A stretch of DNA of 61,499 bases from the IMG/VR virus record IMGVR_UViG_3300035701_000030, positions 1-61,499 of that record; one strand, given 5' to 3'. Source of the DNA: a virus. Its lineage: Duplodnaviria; Caudoviricetes. Shown piece after piece: positions 48,472 to 57,424 of this stretch. The notes beneath the pieces were generated by a model. The model was not told where the DNA came from and ran no database searches. It saw nothing but the letters and a program-made list of their open reading frames with translations. The position numbers and the translations under genes were made by a program. Every line of letters begins with the position of its first letter. Within the stretch, counting starts at the first letter, position 1.

Positions 48472-49104
48472 CTAAGCTGTGACTGGGGCTGCTGCCGCGA
48501 GTGCAGCGCGCTGCTCCGTAACTCGCTTGATTGTCTCCATAAACTTTTCCAGTTCCTCGACATTGACATTAGCAAGAACGCTCTCATCAATGCTGCCAAG
48601 AGCCTCAATCTTAATCGTGCGCGGAGGACGACCGCGACGAATAGTAAGACCATGCCCCTTCTTATATCCAGCAATAGCTGACTTGAAGTATTCGGGGGAA
48701 CGGCCTTCGGTTTCACCCGCGCCTCGCCCAAACTGCGCCATAAACTGCGTCATGGCATTAGAGTCCGCAAAAAGCGGAGGAACGGCAGTACCGTCAAGGT
48801 AAAAATAGGAGGGGACTAGATCAACCCTTCGCTCAATCTTTTTGTCACCCTTTGTAGAAATATCATGGACAATCTTATCAGAGTCATATTGAGAGTCTAC
48901 ACGGAAACCAATTGCGGACACACCATCAGGTGTAACATCGAACCGATCCACGCGGGCATTGAAGAGCCAGTATAGCCCCTGCCAAGCGGCAAGAATGTTA
49001 CTGCCACCATCGAGGGGGCCATAATCCTTGGGGTCGGTCCATGTATCAGTCATGCTGGGAGTCTCCTTGCTATTGCTATTGTCGTTAGCCTTTTTCGTAG
49101 TCAC
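48472..49104 (-). CDS. Putative DNA-binding protein with AT-hook/Lsr2-like RGRP motif
   Basis: GTG start after AGAGG (alternative ATG 49053); AIAGYKKGHGLTIRRGRPP; own promoter and terminator. Confidence 0.55.
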   Translation of the reverse strand: MTTKKANDNSNSKETPSMTDTWTDPKDYGPLDGGSNILAAWQGLYWLFNARVDRFDVTPDGVSAIGFRVDSQYDSDKIVHDISTKGDKKIERRVDLVPSYFYLDGTAVPPLFADSNAMTQFMAQFGRGAGETEGRSPEYFKSAIAGYKKGHGLTIRRGRPPRTIKIEALGSIDESVLANVNVEELEKFMETIKRVTEQRAALAAAAPVTA

Positions 49105-49162
49105 TTTGCTATTTCCTCTTCTATTTGCTGGTTGAGCCTTTCGACTCAGGTTGACAAATTCC

Positions 49163-49191
49163 ACTTTACCAGATCGCTCGTCAAATGTCAA
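49163..49191 (-). promoter_or_regulatory. Sigma70 promoter
   Basis: TTGACA-17 nt-TAAAGT on minus strand. Confidence 0.7.
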
Positions 49192-49251
49192 GCGTAAACA
49201 ATAAATAGATCGAAACAATTTTTATACACTAAGAAATAGGCATTGTCCTCC

Positions 49252-49503
49252 TCAATCAATGTCGTTCAGAGGCGAGTAAGGGTATTTATTATTAAGGCGC
49301 TTTAGCGATCCTTCAAGATTTATCTTTAGTATCCTGATGGGGTCGGGACCAGCGCATCCAGCGCGCCCGCAAATATATGTTGCGGTCGCATGATAATGCG
49401 TTTCTGGATTGTTTTTGCTATAGACAATTTCTAACTCTGCTCTATGTAGGGCATCATCAACGGTGTTATCCAGTTGGTGCATTACCCACTCAATATCATT
49501 CAT
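49252..49503 (-). CDS. Hypothetical protein
   Basis: ATGA coupling. Confidence 0.45.
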   Translation of the reverse strand: MNDIEWVMHQLDNTVDDALHRAELEIVYSKNNPETHYHATATYICGRAGCAGPDPIRILKINLEGSLKRLNNKYPYSPLNDID

Positions 49504-49820
49504 ACATCTAACCAGCTTTCTATCTGATCTATGTCGGGCTCAAAGGTGGGATTATCCTTATGCAAGGCTTGCATAGTAACCTCCCCGCTTTCATTTATGT
49601 TAAGAACAAGCTCTTCCAGATAGATAAGCCGCAGAATATTTATGTTGATAGCGGCTTTAAGCTTTATCTCTCTTGCCCATTGTAACACGGTAGTAATCTC
49701 TTCCTCGGAAGCACCACCACTCAGGCGTTCGGGGTTAGCAAGAAAGGCATTAATGATCCTTCTTACCTCCCCCTCTTTTAGCACTACGTCATCCCACGGT
49801 CCTTTTATATTATCGTCCAT
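49500..49820 (-). CDS. Hypothetical protein
   Basis: Packed ORF. Confidence 0.55.
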   Translation of the reverse strand: MDDNIKGPWDDVVLKEGEVRRIINAFLANPERLSGGASEEEITTVLQWAREIKLKAAININILRLIYLEELVLNINESGEVTMQALHKDNPTFEPDIDQIESWLDV

Positions 49821-49822
49821 CT

Positions 49823-50389
49823 CTAATGCACCATTCTTGAGCCAGAGTCTCCGTAATACTCTTTTAATTCTTTTTCGGCAAGTGATGTTTCTTCCTGAAG
49901 CGCTTCAAAGTCAGCAAAGGTGCTTATAAAGGCGCCTTCTTCAACAAATGCCTCTGCAAATTGCTTTACCTTCTCATCAAAGGCTTCTTCTACCTCGGTT
50001 ACAGCAACATCAATTTCTGTATCAACAACCGTTTTACCCTGCGAGGTTCTAATTATCAGACGAAAGGCATATTTATCTTGTGAAATACTGTAGCTGACAA
50101 GAAACTTTGCTTCAACAACTGTGTTTATTGGGCTTAGCCAATCACAGGAAATAGAGTATACAGGAAAAACTGCCTGATCATCTACGGTTGAGGCAAGATA
50201 GTTAAATTTAGCTGTTTCATTTGGGTGCTGAATCCAGCCCCTCAATAGGGGAGTATCAACATCTGGTGGCCTGTCTGGATAGCCGATATATCGACCACGA
50301 TCCCTAGTATCAAGCCACTCAGTAATAGCTGATGCTGGTACTCGGACTACGAAAGTCTCACCCCCAAAAAATATTTCACGATATGGCAC
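49823..50389 (-). CDS. Hypothetical protein
   Basis: SD GAGGAG, GTG start. Confidence 0.55.
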   Translation of the reverse strand: MPYREIFFGGETFVVRVPASAITEWLDTRDRGRYIGYPDRPPDVDTPLLRGWIQHPNETAKFNYLASTVDDQAVFPVYSISCDWLSPINTVVEAKFLVSYSISQDKYAFRLIIRTSQGKTVVDTEIDVAVTEVEEAFDEKVKQFAEAFVEEGAFISTFADFEALQEETSLAEKELKEYYGDSGSRMVH

Positions 50390-50552
50390 TTCTTTTACTC
50401 CTCGGCATTTTCACCACGGTATAGCCATCTTGCTTTAGGGCTTTAACAAGAACTTGAGATGCAAGTGGACCAAGTTTTCTATACTCGTCATTAGACCATT
50501 GCAAAAGGTATAGCAAGGCGCGACGAATAGCCTCATCCATTTCGTCGGTCAT
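50376..50552 (-). CDS. 58-aa protein not in track
   Basis: MTDEMDEAIRRALLY..; TGATG coupling. Confidence 0.45.
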   Translation of the reverse strand: MTDEMDEAIRRALLYLLQWSNDEYRKLGPLASQVLVKALKQDGYTVVKMPRSKRSAIS

Positions 50553-51037
50553 CAGTTAAATCCCTTAAAAACATCATCGGGAAGATCGAGCGAATCAAGG
50601 AGACTACGCGCCCTCCTATCCTCCCCCTTATCCTCCCTGACCTCTTTATCTTTTGGTCCGTGGTTATTAAGGATTTCCATAAACTTAGAGGTCATTGCCG
50701 TAGCCATCTTTTTAAATGCGGAGGTTTTCTGCATTTCAGCACAAAACTCATAAGTATCTATACATTTATGTACGACACAGACAGAGACATGCCCGTGGTT
50801 ATGGCCATCCAAAGGGGCGATTTTTAGAATTTCGTTTGGTACTATAATCTCTACTTTGAAGTCAATATCAGCCCCAAACGGATTATTGTGAGCCACCTTA
50901 CTTAGATCCTTAGCAACATTAGCAAAGAACTCAGCCAATGCTTCCCGATCCCTAGCTAGCCCGATTATCTGGATATCTGCACACTCAGTACAAATTGCCA
51001 CCACATGGAAATGGTTGTACTCTTCTTCATAGCTCAT
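50552..51037 (-). CDS. Hypothetical protein
   Basis: 161-aa ORF. Confidence 0.55.
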   Translation of the reverse strand: MSYEEEYNHFHVVAICTECADIQIIGLARDREALAEFFANVAKDLSKVAHNNPFGADIDFKVEIIVPNEILKIAPLDGHNHGHVSVCVVHKCIDTYEFCAEMQKTSAFKKMATAMTSKFMEILNNHGPKDKEVREDKGEDRRARSLLDSLDLPDDVFKGFN

Positions 51038-51067
51038 TTAATTTACCTTCACTTTCTTTTAGTAAGA

Positions 51068-51253
51068 CTAATCCTTAGAAGGCTTAGCTTTTAATTTACA
51101 GGTAGAGCACATTCCATCGATTGCAATAAAGGTACAACCACAGATACACTCGCAAGTATCTGCCCCAAACCAACGATTGGTTTGGTCAATTCTTTTGGGA
51201 TCATGCTCATGTTTAATTGGGGTAGATGCTTCGTAGTTAATCACTAATTCCAC
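51068..51253 (-). CDS. Small Cys-rich protein
   Basis: CECICGC..CSTC. Confidence 0.45.
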   Translation of the reverse strand: MELVINYEASTPIKHEHDPKRIDQTNRWFGADTCECICGCTFIAIDGMCSTCKLKAKPSKD

Positions 51254-51441
51254 CTTTGCCCGATAGGTATGCCCTTCTTCTTTTCAGGCTCTACTTTTAG
51301 ACTCTTGATTAGGTTTTTGGACTGAGCAGCGTATTTGACTACATCTGTCAAGTCACGTATATTTTTAGTGCGGGCAAACTCTTGTTCTGCTGTATGAACT
51401 TTACGAGCAAGTAGGGGGGCACGATCTGATGATTGGCGCAT
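51244..51441 (-). CDS. Hypothetical basic protein
   Basis: Packed ORF. Confidence 0.45.
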   Translation of the reverse strand: MRQSSDRAPLLARKVHTAEQEFARTKNIRDLTDVVKYAAQSKNLIKSLKVEPEKKKGIPIGQRWN

Positions 51442-51442
51442 T

Positions 51443-51700
51443 TTAGTTTACCACCAAACTCTCAGCAATATATCTTAGCGCATGTAGGCGCATGTCTAGA
51501 TCGTATCGCTCACTAGAATCTTTAGGAACCTTATAGCCATAGTAATATTGTGTTACATTTCTGGAGTCGTGGTCCACTAAAGCCTTAAACAATGTATCAG
51601 TTGTTACTTCGGGAACGCGCAAACTATTCTTTATCTGTATCGCCCACATCCGAAGAGGGTTGTCATCTCTGGACATTTTTGTCCTCCGACCTCTAAACAA
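51443..51700 (-). CDS. Hypothetical protein
   Basis: Probable start at MSRDD after GGAGG. Confidence 0.5.
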   Translation of the reverse strand: MFRGRRTKMSRDDNPLRMWAIQIKNSLRVPEVTTDTLFKALVDHDSRNVTQYYYGYKVPKDSSERYDLDMRLHALRYIAESLVVN

Positions 51701-51952
51701 CTATTCGATGCTAATAATGAAGTGGTCCCCGCCTCCCCGAAATACTAATTTAATAGGCTCTTTCATACCCTCTCTTCCCATCTGATCAGCAAAATCTTGT
51801 TTATTAATCCGTATGCTCCTTGTGCCCCCATCAAACATATGCTTAACTAAGGCAATGGTTAGGGCTTTGATTTGATTCTCCATCTCTGAGATTTTATCCA
51901 TAACATCTTCCTTCTCGGGAAGGAAAACGTCATCATAAGAAAGCCTAGGCAT
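51701..51952 (-). CDS. Hypothetical protein
   Basis: SD AAGGAGG. Confidence 0.55.
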   Translation of the reverse strand: MPRLSYDDVFLPEKEDVMDKISEMENQIKALTIALVKHMFDGGTRSIRINKQDFADQMGREGMKEPIKLVFRGGGDHFIISIE

Positions 51953-51979
51953 TACTATTTCCTCCTTCTTCCAGTAGTT

Positions 51980-52297
51980 TCATATTGAAACTCTTCTCTC
52001 CATCCAGATTAGATAGCCCCTAAAAATCTCATCATCTACATCATCATACCCGTAGATTCTAAGGGTACGGTTATTGTTAGCCGCAACAGTGTATAGACTT
52101 CCAAAGCTATATCTTTTTCTACCGGGTTCACTATACGCGAACAAGGTTCTGCCCGCAAGTAGGTCAATAACCATTTGATTCTGAGGAAGCCTACGCTTCC
52201 TCATATTCCTAGTAGTAAGTTCTCGTCTAAGTCTAGCCGAGACAGGCTTATATCTGATGCCTTGTATTCCCGGCTTATACTTATCTAGTTTATCCAT
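51980..52297 (-). CDS. Small basic protein, family paralogue C
   Basis: MDKLDKY start; MVIDLLAGRTLF..LY..A..RTLR..GYLIWMERRVSI. Confidence 0.55.
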   Translation of the reverse strand: MDKLDKYKPGIQGIRYKPVSARLRRELTTRNMRKRRLPQNQMVIDLLAGRTLFAYSEPGRKRYSFGSLYTVAANNNRTLRIYGYDDVDDEIFRGYLIWMERRVSI

Positions 52298-52595
52298 CCT
52301 TACAATGCTCTCTACACCAAGGGCATATAGTTTCACCCGATTTATCCATCGGGAAGTAGAAAGAGTTACGCGGTTTACCTTCAGCACACTCACATACATA
52401 ATTGCGCCCAAACTTATCGGAGGCGCAATCATGATGATAGTAGCTGCCATATCTTTTAACGTAGCAAGAATCTTTTTGACTACAGGGTTTTCGTGGTTCT
52501 CCGTATAAATATGGCCCATTTTCAACATCACAGTGTATGTCTGAATGTGGCTTAGTGTCAGATGTTATTACAACAAAGGCAGAATATTCAAACAT
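52290..52595 (-). CDS. Cys-rich hypothetical protein
   Basis: HHDC, CEC, CPWC. Confidence 0.5.
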   Translation of the reverse strand: MFEYSAFVVITSDTKPHSDIHCDVENGPYLYGEPRKPCSQKDSCYVKRYGSYYHHDCASDKFGRNYVCECAEGKPRNSFYFPMDKSGETICPWCREHCKDG

Positions 52596-52609
52596 TTTAT
52601 CCCCAAGGT

Positions 52610-52641
52610 ATTTGGGGGCCAGAAAGTTCTGGCCCCCAAAT
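52610..52641 (-). terminator. Hairpin after AAA ATPase
   Basis: Perfect IR ATTTGGGGGCCAGAA/TTCTGGCCCCCAAAT. Confidence 0.7.
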
Positions 52642-52650
52642 TATCAGGAA

Positions 52651-54141
52651 CTAGTTACTAGCGGAACCCATCGAAGCAACAGCTTCATTCTGCACAATCT
52701 GTGCAGCGATCTGCTGTGCTTCTGCTGCAAGTCGAGCAGACTCAACCTGAGCATCGGCAACAATGTACGCGGCCTTTTCCTGCGGGGATGCGCTGGTAAG
52801 ATCGCGCTTCGGTACCTTGTTGTTGGTTTCCACATGCTCTTTGACTACGGACACTGTAGCATCCCTAAGAGCAGAGGCATTGAGCAATGCCTTATAGTTG
52901 TGGTCAATGGGGTCGTTATTCACGCGCCGCTGATTAAGGATGTACAGCTTAGAGCGCTTAATAACTTCTTCAACTGCCGACGCTGGAATTCTTCCCGCCA
53001 TTTCCTTAGCCGCAGCAGAAATATCCTCTGTTGCAGAAAGAAGATCACCAGCGTAGAATCGCAGCAATCGCTCAGAAGCATCCTGATCAGGATAGGTAAC
53101 GGGAATAGATGCATCAAGACGACCAGCCCGCAGCATAGCACGGTTGATATCGTCAAACTCATTGGTCGTAACTACGACCATGATTTCTGCATCCTTGTTG
53201 TCGATACCATCGAGATTGTTCAGAATCTGATCCAACTCGATAGTACGACGGCCAGCAGCAACGCGGTCAATATCCTCGCAGAATACCACGCAAGGCTGGA
53301 AGTTACGAGCGAGCTTCAGAATTTCTGCAAACTCACCGGGCTTATCAACTTTGATAAAGGTCCAATTATGCTTCACCGCAAGTTGTGCAACCTTGCGAGA
53401 GGTCTGCGTTTTGCCTGTTCCGAAAGGCCCGTACAAACAAATGCCACGCTTGATACGAATACCCAGCGCACGCATTTCTGCTGTTCGTTCGATTGGCGAA
53501 TAAACAGATGCACCAATCTGAACTTCTGTCTCACGATTAAAGATAGGATCTGTGGTGTTCGAAACATCAATAAACGCGGGCATTGGCAAATCTTCGGCTT
53601 CGCCATCTGCATTAGTTAGCGTAAGTCCGAATGCCTGTCCACGATAGATAGAATTGGTACGGAGAAGTAGGCGTGTTTCCTGCACCAAACGCTGAACAAT
53701 ATTCTGATCCTTGCGCTTAATCTCAGCTTGAATACGCGCACTAACCATTGTTCCAGAACGGCGCACGGGGCCAAGGGTAATTGTTCCGTCAATGCCGGGG
53801 ATTGCGAAATCCCCATAAGGAACTTGCATACTGGTAGTAAGCGAAGTCTGTAGAGTAATCAGTTTGGGAGGATCTTTGTATTCCATCCCAAAGAAACTCA
53901 TAACCTTGCCTTGCTGAAGAGAATAACCGAAGATATTCTCCATTGCTTGCTTAAACGAAGCAGCAACATCACCAAACAAATACCCATCGATGACTTCATC
54001 GATGCGCACATCCTGCTCTTCCTGATCCGCCAACTTACCGATGTAATTCGCTGCATCCCGAAGTCGAATCTTTTCAGGAATAACAATCGCATCACCAATG
54101 CGGGTAACGGGAGCAGAAATTTCCTTGATCTTCGGTGCCAT
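52651..54141 (-). CDS. AAA+ ATPase (classic clade, FtsH/Cdc48-like module)
   Basis: GPFGTGKT, FCEDID, ILNNLDG, TTN..INRAMLRAGRLD; SD AAGGAG. Confidence 0.9.
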   Translation of the reverse strand: MAPKIKEISAPVTRIGDAIVIPEKIRLRDAANYIGKLADQEEQDVRIDEVIDGYLFGDVAASFKQAMENIFGYSLQQGKVMSFFGMEYKDPPKLITLQTSLTTSMQVPYGDFAIPGIDGTITLGPVRRSGTMVSARIQAEIKRKDQNIVQRLVQETRLLLRTNSIYRGQAFGLTLTNADGEAEDLPMPAFIDVSNTTDPIFNRETEVQIGASVYSPIERTAEMRALGIRIKRGICLYGPFGTGKTQTSRKVAQLAVKHNWTFIKVDKPGEFAEILKLARNFQPCVVFCEDIDRVAAGRRTIELDQILNNLDGIDNKDAEIMVVVTTNEFDDINRAMLRAGRLDASIPVTYPDQDASERLLRFYAGDLLSATEDISAAAKEMAGRIPASAVEEVIKRSKLYILNQRRVNNDPIDHNYKALLNASALRDATVSVVKEHVETNNKVPKRDLTSASPQEKAAYIVADAQVESARLAAEAQQIAAQIVQNEAVASMGSASN

Positions 54142-54324
54142 TTAATTAGTCTCCTTAGAACTAACACGGGCCACAAGGGCAAAATGATCAAACTTACGAC
54201 GAATTTGTAGTTGCTCCGTTGGATATCTAGTTTCAGCCTTCTTCGCTGCTAGTGCCGATTCATAGGTTGAGTGCCTACTGATGGGCAGTCGCTTGCGAGA
54301 ACTGACTACCTTTTCATCTGGCAT
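54142..54324 (-). CDS. Hypothetical basic protein
   Basis: SD AGGAG. Confidence 0.5.
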   Translation of the reverse strand: MPDEKVVSSRKRLPISRHSTYESALAAKKAETRYPTEQLQIRRKFDHFALVARVSSKETN

Positions 54325-54408
54325 CGGTTCTCCTGCTTTCAAGTCAACATATTGGGTTCATACCGCTTCTACAATCCACGGTCCTCCATCTATGGTTGCT
54401 CTTGGCAA

Positions 54409-54458
54409 GCAACTCATTTCTGGCTAGTACTATTATTTAATAGCCAGAGATGAGTTGC
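54409..54458. repeat. 18-bp inverted repeat spanning HNH stop codon
   Basis: GCAACTCATTTCTGGCTA-14 nt-TAGCCAGAGATGAGTTGC (one mismatch). Confidence 0.85.
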
Positions 54459-54873
54459 GCGCTCTATATTTCCTTTGTTTCTCATTTTGGCAGGTTCGAC
54501 AGGTTCTAAAACCAGTTTTTCTAATATAGAGGTTGCTGCCTGATAAGGGATGCCCACGCATACATGCGACTTTTCGCGCATTTATTGCAAAGGGGTTTAT
54601 TTCTGAGCGCAAACAATTTTCTCTTAGTGTTGCTATTTTTAGATGGTTTGGGTTTACACAAGAAGTAATATTGCATAGATGATCAAGTGTCAGACCTTCT
54701 GGAATCTCCCCAAAAGCCTCTTCATAGGCATATCTATGAACAAGTTGCTGCTTATTGCGCTTAATAGTAAATCTGCCATATCCGCGACTATTTTTATAAC
54801 CTAACCAAATCCAACAAGTTTTGGTCTTATTTACCCTTTTCCAAAATCTCTCAGAAACTGTTAGATATCTCAT
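54433..54873 (-). CDS. HNH homing endonuclease with C-terminal Zn finger
   Basis: RFW..V.KT..CWIW, GYGRF, VHRYAY, LDHLC..CVNPNHL..EN, CMRGH..CRTC. Confidence 0.9.
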   Translation of the reverse strand: MRYLTVSERFWKRVNKTKTCWIWLGYKNSRGYGRFTIKRNKQQLVHRYAYEEAFGEIPEGLTLDHLCNITSCVNPNHLKIATLRENCLRSEINPFAINARKVACMRGHPLSGSNLYIRKTGFRTCRTCQNEKQRKYRARNSSLAIK

Positions 54874-54904
54874 TTTTATTCTCCTGATGTGCGCGCCGAG
54901 TCTT

Positions 54905-55189
54905 TCAACCTTCAATGCAATTATCAATGCAATTATCAGTAGGGTGGTCATCTATCATTTTTTTCATCCAAGGATGGGCATTCAATAGCCCGTGGGCACA
55001 CCTATGACAGATGACAAGAAATTTTGGAGTAGATACCAAACTACTTATATCATCTTCAAACATGCCATAACCTTTTATGAATTGAATTCCTAAAGCATCC
55101 CAGTATTGAGCAGTAATATCTTCTCTACGGCGCATAGGAATATCAGATACAGGTTTTAATTCTATTCCGCAATTATCACAGATTTTCAT
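54905..55189 (-). CDS. Zn-binding hypothetical protein
   Basis: CDNCG..GYGMF.D..ICHRC..PW. Confidence 0.55.
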   Translation of the reverse strand: MKICDNCGIELKPVSDIPMRRREDITAQYWDALGIQFIKGYGMFEDDISSLVSTPKFLVICHRCAHGLLNAHPWMKKMIDDHPTDNCIDNCIEG

Positions 55190-55547
55190 TAGCCTTTTCC
55201 TCATCTCTTTTTGTTTTACAAGACTCACATAGAGTTAGTATCCAATGATATTTATTGTCTTGATCCCCCAACTTCCCACACCACTCGCATATCTTAGATG
55301 ACTGCGCTTCTAGGGCATAAATAAGACGGGAATACTCTTCAAATTCCTTAGTATTATAGTCCCCCGCAATATAAATGGTTAGAGTGCCAAACTTTTCCTT
55401 TACTTGAATAATTCTTACGCTAGCGGGTTTGAAATAGAATGCTGTTCTAATTAATTCGCGCCAGCCCTTACCAATAGATTTAAGTGCCTGCTTATATGTA
55501 TACCCGTTATCGTTAACCGCGCCCGGATAGTTTCTAAAGTCCAACAT
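55176..55547 (-). CDS. Conserved-type phage protein (GW..QVKEKFG..ICE.CG..TLC..C)
   Basis: Recurrent motif. Confidence 0.65.
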   Translation of the reverse strand: MLDFRNYPGAVNDNGYTYKQALKSIGKGWRELIRTAFYFKPASVRIIQVKEKFGTLTIYIAGDYNTKEFEEYSRLIYALEAQSSKICEWCGKLGDQDNKYHWILTLCESCKTKRDEEKANENL

Positions 55548-55797
55548 ATACGCCCCCCGTTTCAGGACCTAGAAATGCCATATGCTCGGAGCAATAAATC
55601 TCTTCTTTTACTTTAGAGTTTTTGCAGCCCAACTCTTCACAGATTTTCTCGTCGTGCCTACAGGAACCATCAGCACGGTAATGTGCAGCTACTAGAATAA
55701 ATGAGGGACATTTAGCAATAGATTCACGGTTAATATTTCTGACAGAAATTTGTTTACCTGTTCCATCTATCTCAATAAAACGAACCGTATTCGTCAT
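55534..55797 (-). CDS. Hypothetical protein (CP..I...HYR.DGSC)
   Basis: SD GAGG. Confidence 0.5.
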   Translation of the reverse strand: MTNTVRFIEIDGTGKQISVRNINRESIAKCPSFILVAAHYRADGSCRHDEKICEELGCKNSKVKEEIYCSEHMAFLGPETGGVYVGL

Positions 55798-56114
55798 TCT
55801 TGTTCCTCCCCAATTGGCGTTATACCCTTTGATAGCCTATCTTTCATGCGCTTCCAGAAATAGAAGGCATATTCCTCTTTACAGATTTTAGCTTCTGTTT
55901 CTTTTAGGTCAACAAACTTTTTGAACAAGGCCATATCCATGTTTTCAAGTTCTTTCCACGCTCCACCTAATCCCTTTTGAGAAAGATCCTCAAAGATTAT
56001 AGTTGGGGCTATTCCACTCTTCGGCTGTTCTAGTTCTTTTAGAAGTTGGGCCACAGATTTAGCAACCATGTCAATATCCGCAATTATCGCGGCAGGAGGG
56101 GCATTTAAGTTCAT
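55794..56114 (-). CDS. Hypothetical protein
   Basis: Packed ORF. Confidence 0.5.
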   Translation of the reverse strand: MNLNAPPAAIIADIDMVAKSVAQLLKELEQPKSGIAPTIIFEDLSQKGLGGAWKELENMDMALFKKFVDLKETEAKICKEEYAFYFWKRMKDRLSKGITPIGEEQE

Positions 56115-56367
56115 TGCCTAGTTTATTCTCTCTGAAGTAATATTTTATTCTTTTTCCTGTTTCGTCATTGTCCATATTTTGTTTACATTCACAATACATA
56201 TGCATACTCGTTCCTACTTTTTCCTGACGATCAGCACATACATGGTGGGATGCTCCATGCGCCATGCATATAGTAGCATTACACCTTCTTCCGTTTGCAC
56301 CCGCTATAACCGGATCTTTGCAATGAGTCGGGGGAGTAGTATCCTCAAAGATAAATTCATACATCAT
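56071..56367 (-). CDS. Cys/His-rich hypothetical protein
   Basis: SD GAGG; TAATG coupling. Confidence 0.45.
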   Translation of the reverse strand: MMYEFIFEDTTPPTHCKDPVIAGANGRRCNATICMAHGASHHVCADRQEKVGTSMHMYCECKQNMDNDETGKRIKYYFRENKLGNELKCPSCRDNCGY

Positions 56368-56759
56368 TAAAACTTTTCCTCCACCCATAAGGGCTTCATC
56401 AGATTACTTCTTGTTGTATAAAAAACTTTTTTGAAACCAAGTTTACGCAGAATAGACCAACAGTTAGGGCAGGGGCGAGAAAGAATCGCAGATGTATTTG
56501 TTCTACCGTAGTTGATAATAACAGCATCATCTAGTCTACGAATGTCTACTTGGCGTAGAGCATGAGCCTCAGAATGTACTGTCTTATCGATATATACACC
56601 CTCTTCTGTTAGTACCCTGCCACCAATGAAATGATTCTTTCCTGCCCCAATAACTCTGCCCTTCCTATCAAGTATGACAGAGGCATGAAGGTAACGCGTA
56701 ACTTTCGGATCGGAGTTCTTTGCTATCTGTCTTGCCAGATCAAACGGATCACGGTACAT
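56367..56759 (-). CDS. Zn-dependent deaminase (cytidine/dCMP deaminase-like)
   Basis: HASVI, G.N, HSEAHAL, SRPCPNC, GFKKVFYT. Confidence 0.85.
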   Translation of the reverse strand: MYRDPFDLARQIAKNSDPKVTRYLHASVILDRKGRVIGAGKNHFIGGRVLTEEGVYIDKTVHSEAHALRQVDIRRLDDAVIINYGRTNTSAILSRPCPNCWSILRKLGFKKVFYTTRSNLMKPLWVEEKF

Positions 56760-56976
56760 CGGTCGCGCAGAAAGGAATGTGTTCCATCCGTGTCTCTTCG
56801 TCCACACGAAAGACTTTGATAACCTTGAAACGATAGTCCCACCGCTTTGCTGTTCGACTAGAAAGAATAGAATCTAGAATAAACTTGAGTGTTGAAATAG
56901 CAAACGACCAAGAAGGGGCATCATCCTCATCTTTTCTTGCGGAGACTTCCAACTCTACGATTACTTTACTCTTCAT
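56749..56976 (-). CDS. Hypothetical protein
   Basis: Packed ORF. Confidence 0.45.
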   Translation of the reverse strand: MKSKVIVELEVSARKDEDDAPSWSFAISTLKFILDSILSSRTAKRWDYRFKVIKVFRVDEETRMEHIPFCATDVP

Positions 56977-57157
56977 TACCTATTACCTTTACAACGCTAA
57001 CAGCCGCCCAATGATACTCTTTTTGAAGACTACGAGCTACATCTACTACAAACTCGTAGCTATAGCGTTCGTCGTGTGGGAAAGTGACATGAAGTTTAGG
57101 ACGGCTTTTCATAGTTACCTTGACCCAAACCTGATAACTTTTGATGTTCTCATCCAT
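56966..57157 (-). CDS. Hypothetical protein
   Basis: Packed ORF. Confidence 0.45.
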   Translation of the reverse strand: MDENIKSYQVWVKVTMKSRPKLHVTFPHDERYSYEFVVDVARSLQKEYHWAAVSVVKVIGNEE

Positions 57158-57422
57158 AACTCATCACTCCCCCACAATAATAGCAAACTCCCTCACCCTC
57201 ACAATAAACATTGGGATGATAGGGGCCAGCATACTCCATGCTGCCCTGTCCCAAGGTATGCACAGAGAGTGTTTCATGACCACAGTTGAAGGTATATTTT
57301 ACAACTGTGTTCTCTGATACAATATCGGGCATAAGTGCTTTTAGACGCTCAGAGATATCTACATTATATGTAGGCTCTACAACGTCGTCCCATTGATGGC
57401 AACGACATGCATACCTTGCCAT
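57150..57422 (-). CDS. Cys-rich hypothetical protein
   Basis: SD GGAGG. Confidence 0.5.
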   Translation of the reverse strand: MARYACRCHQWDDVVEPTYNVDISERLKALMPDIVSENTVVKYTFNCGHETLSVHTLGQGSMEYAGPYHPNVYCEGEGVCYYCGGVMSYG

Positions 57423-57424
57423 AC

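Noticed and set aside
49105-49218. Track start for the 248-aa ORF
   Set aside because: Spans the promoter itself; SD-supported start is 49104 or 49053
52298-52531. N-terminal extension of the 183-aa ORF 51980..52531
   Set aside because: Overlaps the 52290..52595 gene; better start at 52297
52537-53619. 360-aa plus-strand ORF
   Set aside because: Antisense shadow of the AAA ATPase; no SD or motifs and runs through a terminator hairpin
54345-54951. Group I intron or hammerhead around the HNH
   Set aside because: No P7 core pair and too little flanking sequence; CTGATAA is not the CUGANGA core; 12-bp tandem repeat at 54913-54938 is explained as a coding duplication
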